Shown here piece after piece: positions 57,392 through 64,000 of a DNA stretch of 64,000 nucleotides. The notes beneath the pieces are model-generated. The model was not told where the DNA came from, searched no databases, and was given only the letters and a program-made list of their open reading frames with translations. Every line of letters begins with the position of its first letter. Position 1 is the first letter of the stretch. A program made the translations under genes and the position numbers. This DNA comes from an uncultured Chloroflexia bacterium (lineage in GTDB: Bacteria > Chloroflexota > Anaerolineae > Anaerolineales > UBA4823): contig CAVPMW010000010.1 in assembly GCA_963706515.1 (NCBI GenBank), forward strand, positions 54,377 to 118,376, given 5' to 3'.

Positions 57392-58135
57392 TTGGGAAAT
57401 CCATTTTTAAGCCTGATCATTCCCGCATTTAATGAAGAACACCGTCTGCCCGGTACCCTGGAGCAGGCGGTCAATTTTTCGCAAAACCAAGCGTATGAGG
57501 TAGAGATCCTGGTCATTGAAAATGGCAGCCAGGATCGCACCTATGCGATAGCCCAAGAGTACGCATTACGCCATCCAATTGTGCGCGTGCTGCAGGAGAA
57601 AGAACGGGGGAAAGGTCTGGCAGTGAAGCGGGGGATGCTTGCCGCCACGGGGGAATTCCGTTTTATGGCGGATGCTGATTTTTCGATGCCTATTACGGAA
57701 ATCAATCGTTTTCTGCCGCCAGCATTAACCTCATTTGATATTGCCATCGCCTCGCGTGAGGCCGCCGGGTCTGTCCGTTATAACGAGCCACCCTACCGGC
57801 ACCTCGTTGGCAGAGTTTTCAATACAATGATCCGCTTATTAGCTTTGCCCGGTCTTGAGGATACTCAATGCGGGTTCAAGTGCTGGCGAGCTCCGGTTGC
57901 CGAGGCTATCTTCCCTTGCCTGACCGTTCAAGGTTGGTCTTTCGATGTAGAGGTGCTCTATATTGCCAGGCAGCATGGGTATAAGATTATCGAAGTACCA
58001 ATCCCGTGGTATTTCAACTCGGACAGCAAAGTGCGGGTGGTGCCGGATTCATTTAAAATGGCGCTCGACTTGCTCCGCATCCGGAAAAACGGCTATTACC
58101 ATAGATATAATCATCCCGATGGATCCGGCAAATAG
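57392..58135 (+). CDS. GT2 glycosyltransferase (ALG5/dolichyl-phosphate glucosyltransferase-like, soluble)
   Basis: 247 aa. Motifs LIIPAFNEE.RL, ILVIENGSQD, GKG.AV..GM, ADADFS, QCGFK and DVE.L. TTG start. Confidence 0.75.
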   Translation: MGNPFLSLIIPAFNEEHRLPGTLEQAVNFSQNQAYEVEILVIENGSQDRTYAIAQEYALRHPIVRVLQEKERGKGLAVKRGMLAATGEFRFMADADFSMPITEINRFLPPALTSFDIAIASREAAGSVRYNEPPYRHLVGRVFNTMIRLLALPGLEDTQCGFKCWRAPVAEAIFPCLTVQGWSFDVEVLYIARQHGYKIIEVPIPWYFNSDSKVRVVPDSFKMALDLLRIRKNGYYHRYNHPDGSGK

Positions 58136-58751
58136 GTCCACCTGGCCTGATCTCGGATATGAGCTGCCCCTCTGGCAGGCCGGCTATTCTGCCGTCGCCG
58201 GGCTGGATGAAGCTGGCCGCGGTGCCCTGGCTGGACCGGTCGCAGCGGGAGCGGTGATTTTGCCCCCTCGGTCAGAAATTCACTCAGCTCTCTCAGGAGT
58301 CCGCGATTCAAAACTGATGACGCCGTCTGCGCGGCTTTTTTGGGCGAAAAGGATCCGCGATCAGGCTCTCGCCTGGGGCATCGGCTGGGCTACTTCAGCG
58401 GAGATCGATCAGTGGGGAATTTTGCATGCGACCCGCGTGGCTATGACCCGCGCATTGGAAAACCTGGTATATTTCCCCGAATTCCTGTTGGTGGATTTCT
58501 TGATATTAGGCGAGTGTCCTTTGCCGCAGATTGCTATCGTCAAAGGAGATGTCTGCTCGCTGAGCATCGCCGCCGCGTCTGTACTGGCAAAAACTGCCAG
58601 AGATGCTGAGATGAGACGGGCTGACGGAGAATATCCTGGTTATGGTTTTGCACAGCATAAAGGCTATGGTACCCTCTCCCACCGCCAGGCGCTGTCCCGG
58701 TTAGGGTCCTCACCCATCCACCGTCGCTCATTCCATTGTAAAGAACTTTAA
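58119..58751 (+). CDS. rnhB: ribonuclease HII
   Basis: Trimmed to ATG 58119. Motifs AGLDEAGRGALAGPV.A.AV, DSK.., KGD......IAAAS.LAK..RD, YPGYGF..HKGYGT..H and SP.HR.SF. Confidence 0.85.
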   Translation: MDPANRSTWPDLGYELPLWQAGYSAVAGLDEAGRGALAGPVAAGAVILPPRSEIHSALSGVRDSKLMTPSARLFWAKRIRDQALAWGIGWATSAEIDQWGILHATRVAMTRALENLVYFPEFLLVDFLILGECPLPQIAIVKGDVCSLSIAAASVLAKTARDAEMRRADGEYPGYGFAQHKGYGTLSHRQALSRLGSSPIHRRSFHCKEL

Positions 58752-58785
58752 CCCGAAGATTTTCCGTTCAGATTCAGCCAGGAGC

Positions 58786-60711
58786 TTGAAATGCCGGAGC
58801 AGAAAAGCTCGTCTTCAATATGGAATCTGGAAGAGCCCAATCTCGCCTAGAAGGATTGCGGAGAGCCTGGATTTTGAAGGCATCGCCTGGGATGAAGGAG
58901 GGGATCTGGTCTGGCTGGAAGGGCGCGGGGGGCGGAGTGTTCTGGTGGTTGAGGGAAGCGATGGAGGGGCGGCGCGCGACATGAACAGCGATTTATCAGT
59001 CCACGCCTCAGTCGGTTATGGGGGCGGCGACTTCTGTGTTGGGCATGGGCAGGTATTTTTTATCGAAGAAGAATCGGGATGTGTCTACAAGCAGCCGGTA
59101 CAGGCGGGGACAGCCGCTGCAGTGACTCCAGCCTTCGGGCGGGCTGCCTCTCCTTCTCTCTCCCCCGACGGGCGCTGGCTTCTCTATGTTCATTCCTACC
59201 AGGGAGAGGATTGTCTGGCAATCGTCGATATCCATGGAAAATATTGGCCTCAGAAACTGGTGAGCGGCGACGATTTTTATATGCAGCCGGTCTGGCAGCC
59301 GCAAATCGAGTCTGGGCAAGCCCGGATTGCCTGGATTGCGTGGAACCACCCCAACATGCCATGGGATGAAACCGAGCTTCGCACGGGTGTGCTGCGAGAA
59401 AGGACAGGCGGGCTGCCCGTCCTCGAGCAAATAGAAACCATCGCAGGCGGTCCGGATATCTCGATCTTCCAGCCCGAGTTTTCTCCCGATGGACATCACC
59501 TGGCTTATGTTTCCGACGAGACCGGTTGGTGGCAGCTTTACCTGCACGATCTCGCCAGCGGCGCCTCCAGGCAGCTAACCGATACGCCTGCGGAACACGG
59601 GCTTCCAGCCTGGATCCAAGGGATGCGGACCTATGCATTTAGCCCGGACAGCCGGTGGATATTCTTTTTACGCAATCAAGACGGACGGATCACCTTATGG
59701 CGCAGCGACCTCTCTGCTCGAGCGGAGGAAAAGTTAGAAATTGGGGAGGAGTACACATACCTGGATCAAATCAGCGTTTGCCCGAGAAAGGACAATCCGC
59801 TCGAGCTTGCCCTAATCGCCTCGGGTGATCGAATGCCGCCGCGCCTGCTGAGCTATCAGGTCGAGGCAAGGTCGCTCCGCGTCCGGCGCCGCTCGACTAC
59901 CGAAGATTTGCCTGCCAATTACTATTCAGCGTCAACCCCGCTGACCTGGATGGCGCAGGACGGTGATTCTGTCCACGGACTGTTCTACCGGCCCAATCAC
60001 CCTCTCTACGATGGCGTCGGAAAGCCGCCGCTGATCGTCATGGTGCATGGAGGACCAACCAGCCAACGGTTTGCGCGCTTCGATCCAGAGGTGCAATTTT
60101 ACACCAGCCGGGGTTACGCGGTTCTGAATATCAACTACCGGGGGAGCAGCGGCTACGGCCGCGCTTACCGGAATGCCTTGCGCGGCAACTGGGGTATATA
60201 CGACGTCGAAGATTCGATCAGCGGCGCTGCTTACCTGGCGCAGCAGGGGGAAATCGACTCTCGAAAAACGGTCATCATGGGCGGCAGTGCCGGTGGATAT
60301 ACTGTCCTCCAGGCGCTGGTTAATTTTCCTGGATTTTTCAAGGCTGGTGTTTGCCTCTACGGCATCTCGAACCAGCTTACCCTGGTGGCTGATACACACA
60401 AGTTCGAAGCGCATTACTCCGACAGCCTGCTCGGCCCCTTCCCCGAAGCCGCGGAGGTCTACCGGCAGCGCTCACCAATATTTTATGCCGCGCAGATCCA
60501 GGACCCGCTTGCCATTTTTCAGGGAGAAATCGACCGGGTCGTTCCCCGCCAGCAATCGGATGAGATCGTCGAGATTCTCAGCCGGCGAGGCGTCCCCCAC
60601 ATCTATCACGTCTATCCCGGCGAAGGACACGGATTTCGTAAACCAGAATCGATCGAGCACTTTTATCAAGCCACGGAAGCCTTCTTGCGCCAATACGTGG
60701 TCTTCGCCTGA
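58786..60711 (+). CDS. S9 family serine peptidase (prolyl oligopeptidase / acylaminoacyl-peptidase-like)
   Basis: 641 aa. N-terminal beta-propeller region (YG.WKSPIS...), catalytic GGSAGGY, Asp context GE.D..VP and His context GEGHGF. The start is uncertain (TTG 58786; see finding). Confidence 0.8.
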   Translation: MKCRSRKARLQYGIWKSPISPRRIAESLDFEGIAWDEGGDLVWLEGRGGRSVLVVEGSDGGAARDMNSDLSVHASVGYGGGDFCVGHGQVFFIEEESGCVYKQPVQAGTAAAVTPAFGRAASPSLSPDGRWLLYVHSYQGEDCLAIVDIHGKYWPQKLVSGDDFYMQPVWQPQIESGQARIAWIAWNHPNMPWDETELRTGVLRERTGGLPVLEQIETIAGGPDISIFQPEFSPDGHHLAYVSDETGWWQLYLHDLASGASRQLTDTPAEHGLPAWIQGMRTYAFSPDSRWIFFLRNQDGRITLWRSDLSARAEEKLEIGEEYTYLDQISVCPRKDNPLELALIASGDRMPPRLLSYQVEARSLRVRRRSTTEDLPANYYSASTPLTWMAQDGDSVHGLFYRPNHPLYDGVGKPPLIVMVHGGPTSQRFARFDPEVQFYTSRGYAVLNINYRGSSGYGRAYRNALRGNWGIYDVEDSISGAAYLAQQGEIDSRKTVIMGGSAGGYTVLQALVNFPGFFKAGVCLYGISNQLTLVADTHKFEAHYSDSLLGPFPEAAEVYRQRSPIFYAAQIQDPLAIFQGEIDRVVPRQQSDEIVEILSRRGVPHIYHVYPGEGHGFRKPESIEHFYQATEAFLRQYVVFA

Positions 60712-60747
60712 GAAATCACCCACATGCTATCCTGTTCAGGATCTATT

Positions 60748-60756
60748 TGCTATAAT
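60748..60756 (+). promoter_or_regulatory. extended -10 promoter element upstream of icd
   Basis: TGCTATAAT (TGnTATAAT consensus), about 100 nt before the icd start. Confidence 0.4.
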
Positions 60757-60850
60757 TTGCGGTCGATAGGATGTACACCGGTTCGGGAATTCAATTAGGA
60801 ATTATGTAAGTCCTATTTATTTGTGTAATTTTAAAGGAAATATCTGAGAA

Positions 60851-62170
60851 ATGGGAGAGATGGCGATGGGCTATCAAAATGTTCGTGTTCCGGCTGGTGG
60901 AGAGAAGATCACCATACAGGACGGCAAATTACAGGTGCCGGATAATCCAATCCTGCCTTTCGTCGAGGGAGATGGCACCGGGCGGGATATCTGGCGCGCT
61001 GCTGTGCGTGTGCTGGATGCTGCGGTAGCCAAAGCCTATGCCGGGAAACGGAAAATACACTGGATGGAAGTATTTGCTGGGGAGAAGGCTTTCAACCAAT
61101 TCGGCTCCTGGCTCCCGGAAGAAACGGTCGGCGCATTCCATGAGTTTCTGGTAGGGATTAAAGGACCGCTGACGACCCCTATCGGGGGTGGTATCCGCTC
61201 CCTGAATGTCGCCTTGCGCAAGGCTTTGGATCTATACGTTTGCCAGCGCCCGGTACGTTATTTCCAGGGCGTTCCCTCGCCTGTCAAACATCCTGAAAAT
61301 GTGGACATGGTTGTATTCCGCGAGAACACAGAGGATATTTACACCGGCATAGAATTTGAATATGGCACTCCGGAGGCTAAGCGATTTCTTGAGCTGCTAA
61401 AAGAGCAGTTTCCAAGCGAGTATGCAAAAATTCGTTTCCCGGAGACTGCCGGTTTTGGGCTCAAGCCGATCTCCCGGGAGGGGACTGAACGGCTGGTGCG
61501 TGCTGCGCTGGGTTGGGCGCTGGCGAACAAACGGCGGAGTGTGACCTTAGTCCACAAGGGCAATATCATGAAGTACACCGAAGGTGCGTTCCGCAATTGG
61601 GGCTATGAGCTGGCAGAGAGGGAATTTGCTGACCAGGTTTATACCTGGTCCCAATGGGAGCGCAGCCGGTATGATCGTGGTGAAGATGAAGCCAACGCGG
61701 AGCAAAGTGCCGCCCTTCAATCGGGGAAATTGCTGGTCAAAGATGTCATCGCAGATATCGTTTTCCAACAGACGATCACCCGCGCCAGCGAGTTTGATGT
61801 GCTGGCAACCATGAACCTGAATGGAGATTACCTTTCGGACGCACTGGCAGCCCAGGTAGGCGGGATCGGTATCGCCCCCGGCGGGAATATCAACTACGCG
61901 ACGGGACACGCCGTCTTCGAGGCGACGCATGGTACAGCGCCTAAGTATGCCGACAAGGACATGGTTAACCCAGGCTCAGTGATTCTCTCCGGCGAGATGA
62001 TGCTCCGCTACCTGGGCTGGCAGGAAGCAGCCGACCTGACCGTCAGGGGCATGGAAGGGGCGATTACTGCCAGGACGGTAACCTATGATTTCCACCGGCT
62101 CATGGAGAATGCTACCTTGCTCAAATCCTCTGAATTTGGAGATGCGGTCATCCAGCACATGGCAGATTGA
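60851..62170 (+). CDS. icd: NADP-dependent isocitrate dehydrogenase (homodimeric prokaryotic type)
   Basis: Motifs ...[36 protein letters not shown]...GPLTTP.GGG.RS.NVALR..LDLY.C.RP... and NLNGDY.SDA.AAQVGG.G.APG.N parallel E. coli Icd. The true start is probably ATG 60866 (GGGAGAG 6 nt upstream). Confidence 0.9.
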   Translation: MGEMAMGYQNVRVPAGGEKITIQDGKLQVPDNPILPFVEGDGTGRDIWRAAVRVLDAAVAKAYAGKRKIHWMEVFAGEKAFNQFGSWLPEETVGAFHEFLVGIKGPLTTPIGGGIRSLNVALRKALDLYVCQRPVRYFQGVPSPVKHPENVDMVVFRENTEDIYTGIEFEYGTPEAKRFLELLKEQFPSEYAKIRFPETAGFGLKPISREGTERLVRAALGWALANKRRSVTLVHKGNIMKYTEGAFRNWGYELAEREFADQVYTWSQWERSRYDRGEDEANAEQSAALQSGKLLVKDVIADIVFQQTITRASEFDVLATMNLNGDYLSDALAAQVGGIGIAPGGNINYATGHAVFEATHGTAPKYADKDMVNPGSVILSGEMMLRYLGWQEAADLTVRGMEGAITARTVTYDFHRLMENATLLKSSEFGDAVIQHMAD

Positions 62171-62196
62171 GGTGAATAGAAATAAACATATTTCCC

Positions 62197-63390
62197 TCAC
62201 GGCGTCGGTGTAGGTGTGGCGTCTGCCCCCGGCAGGGGGGTCAGCGCGGGGAGAGTGGCTTTCGCCGCGTCGGCCGCGGTATTGGGGGCTCCCCCTGCTA
62301 CCCAGCGGGTAAAGATTTCGATATATTCGGGCTTGAGCGGCTTGGATGGAGGCATCGGCCCACCCGCGTCGATCGTTTCCCGATTGAGCATCAGGATGAT
62401 ATTGCTGTTGAGATCGAAAGGCTTGACGTTCGGCGCATCGTCGCCCGAGTTCATAACCTCGTCGTAAGAACCCATGAGATAGTTATTATTCTTTTTCCCC
62501 GAGCGATGGCAGGTAACACAGTATCTCTTCACCAGCGGTTCCACATGGACCTCGTAAGAGGGCACCTCATTCGGTCCAAGGGGAGGGACTAACTGTCCCG
62601 TACCAGCGCCGGCAGGTTTTTCCACGCGGTCATCCCAGGTATAGCGCATGAAGGTGACGATCGAGTCCATCTCATCCTTTGATAGCTCGCCGCCCTGCGC
62701 TTTCCCGAATGGAGGCATCCCTTGTTCGGGCTGCCCCAATTCAATAATATTATGGAAGGTTTCGTCAGTGAAAGCGTACATCACATCGTGAATGTTGACC
62801 GGCGGCAGGACCTTACCTTCCAGGCCTTCCACGCCCTTAATTTCCCCGCCCTCGCCTTCCGTTCCATGGCAATTGCTGCAGTTGATGGCGAACAGATCTT
62901 CTCCCTGCGATATTCTCTCAGATATCGAGCCAGCTACTACCACTTGCTCTTGAGGCGGAGTGGTCACGACTGCCCAGATGGTCAGGGCAATAATCCCCAA
63001 GGTCCCCAGGCTGACAACCACGATGGCAAATATGCGTTTCTTCCAGTAGCGAAATGGGCTGCGGTCGTAGAAGGGAAGCAGTAAGAGCAAGCCAACCACA
63101 ACCGTAGGGATAACCACTGCGCCGATCCACTCTAACTTGCCGGGAAACAGCTTTAACATCTGGAACAAGAATAAAAAGTACCATTCGGGTCGCGGGATAT
63201 AGGCGGCATCGTTGGGATCCGCTGGCGGCTCATTTGCCACGCCAATAAAAGTCGCCAGACCGACTAAAAGCAGGAAGATAGCGAAAGAGACCAGCACATC
63301 TTTAAAGATAATATCGGGCCAGAATTTCACTCCGTGCTGTTTTTCCTGGTAGTACTTTTCCTGGATTTCTTTCTTTTGATCTTGGTTCAT
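62197..63390 (-). CDS. qcrC: cytochrome bc-complex subunit IV fused to a di-haem c-type cytochrome domain (QcrC-like)
   Basis: 397 aa. The N-terminal part carries the PEWYFLF motif and 3 TM segments (cytochrome b C-terminal / subunit IV). Two CxxCH motifs follow (CSNCH, CVTCH). Confidence 0.7.
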   Translation of the reverse strand: MNQDQKKEIQEKYYQEKQHGVKFWPDIIFKDVLVSFAIFLLLVGLATFIGVANEPPADPNDAAYIPRPEWYFLFLFQMLKLFPGKLEWIGAVVIPTVVVGLLLLLPFYDRSPFRYWKKRIFAIVVVSLGTLGIIALTIWAVVTTPPQEQVVVAGSISERISQGEDLFAINCSNCHGTEGEGGEIKGVEGLEGKVLPPVNIHDVMYAFTDETFHNIIELGQPEQGMPPFGKAQGGELSKDEMDSIVTFMRYTWDDRVEKPAGAGTGQLVPPLGPNEVPSYEVHVEPLVKRYCVTCHRSGKKNNNYLMGSYDEVMNSGDDAPNVKPFDLNSNIILMLNRETIDAGGPMPPSKPLKPEYIEIFTRWVAGGAPNTAADAAKATLPALTPLPGADATPTPTP

Positions 63391-63408
63391 CTTCTGCCTC
63401 CAGGATGC

Positions 63409-64000
63409 CTAATCGTCCTTCTTGGGGATCGAGCTGATGCCGAGACGGATCAGCAGGTAGAGATGAACACTGATCAAGGTAATAATCCCAGCTGGCAGCC
63501 ACCAGATATGGAATGAGAAGAAGCGCGCCAGCGTGACCGCGCTGAGATCGGTACCTCCTTGCAAGATGCGTGTGATAAATGAACCGATATATGGAACCGT
63601 CCCCGGAATTGCCGTACCCACGGTCGTCGCCCAATAAGAGCGCTGGTTCCAGGGGAGCAGGTAGCCGGTAAACCCCATGCCAAGTGTGAGCAGGAGAAGC
63701 ACGACGCCTGTAATCCAGGTAAGCTCACGCGGGTATTTATAAGATGCAAAGAAAAAAGTGCGCAGCATGTGCAGGAAAACGAAGATTACCATCAGGTTAG
63801 CGCCCCAATGGTGGATGCCCCGGATGAGCCAGCCAAAGGCTACCCCGTTCATAATATACTGGATGCTGTTATAAGCCATCTCGGGTGAGGGGACGTAATA
63901 GATGGTCAAGAAAATTCCAGTTACGACCTGCATCGCGAATAAGAAAAGGCTTGCGCTGCCCAGCGTATAGAACCAGTTGACTTTGGGTACTTTGCGGTCT
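63409..64000 (-). CDS. qcrB: cytochrome b (b6-type, N-terminal haem-binding half); 5' end lies beyond window edge
   Basis: The track ORF 63409..63933 starts at an internal Met. The reading frame stays open to nt 64000 (...NWFYTLGSASLFLFAMQVVTGIFL...). Motifs G.L.R..H.WGA..M, H..R.FF and PW.Q.S.WA. Confidence 0.8.
   Translation of the reverse strand, partial: DRKVPKVNWFYTLGSASLFLFAMQVVTGIFLTIYYVPSPEMAYNSIQYIMNGVAFGWLIRGIHHWGANLMVIFVFLHMLRTFFFASYKYPRELTWITGVVLLLLTLGMGFTGYLLPWNQRSYWATTVGTAIPGTVPYIGSFITRILQGGTDLSAVTLARFFSFHIWWLPAGIITLISVHLYLLIRLGISSIPKKDD

Noticed and set aside
55744-58135. A genomic island or prophage remnant integrated at tRNA-Pro (small ORF, hairpin element, NERD protein, GT2).
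   Set aside because: There is no integrase or recombinase. I could find no direct repeat of the tRNA 3' end downstream. The segment runs straight into housekeeping rnhB with a gene overlap.
59008-59638. Minus-strand ORFs of 179 and 192 aa inside the S9 peptidase gene.
   Set aside because: They are antisense to a well-supported CDS, Arg-rich with no motifs, and overlap each other in different frames.

Overview
64-kb bacterial chromosomal window. The gene content looks Chloroflexota/Anaerolineae-like, but I cannot verify taxonomy. No rRNA, CRISPR array, transposase or integrase was seen. (1) nt 1-34551 is one continuous minus-strand glycan-biosynthesis super-locus with overlapping or near-abutting genes. 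Its left arm is an ABC-transporter-dependent module: PseB-type dehydratase, RmlD-type reductase, a broken SAM-methyltransferase, a KpsS/C-like protein, Wzm, Wzt with a C-terminal binding domain, and Fcl. Its right arm is a Wzx-type module: TviB/WbpO-like dehydrogenase, 4-epimerase, MOP flippase, GT4, a polytopic membrane protein and Gmd. Wedged between gmd and fcl is a roughly 19-kb, visibly AT-richer block. It holds one GtrB/ArnC-type polyprenyl-phosphate GT2, one GT4, two MprF-flippase-like (UPF0104) proteins, an HprK-like P-loop protein, an EPS-type MarR/wHTH regulator, and seven polytopic GT-C or GT-C-like membrane proteins arranged as paralog pairs. One pair is a tandem duplication that also copied the regulator's 5' end and promoter. 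A conserved promoter/operator (TATAATTCA-N5-TGAATTTTAG on the coding strand) occurs three times: before the regulator, before its truncated copy, and before gmd. This GT-C-rich block is my best candidate for an undescribed system, namely multi-step extracytoplasmic glycan elaboration from polyprenyl-phosphate sugars. (2) nt 34.6-64 kb is mostly housekeeping: UDG family 4, rimI-tsaB-tsaE, pcrA, holB, three GAF histidine kinases plus a pseudo-receiver/GAF protein, an MBL-like protein, asparaginase II, nth, a DnaJ-like/HtrA/Vms1-like (eRF1-fold) trio, tRNA-Pro(UGG), a NERD protein, a GT2, rnhB, an S9 peptidase, icd, and qcrC/qcrB-like cytochrome genes. Caveat: at least five single-base frame disruptions (possibly six) interrupt otherwise intact genes, so indel errors in the assembly are a serious alternative to true pseudogenes. 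All family calls rest on motif recognition by eye; no database search was possible.
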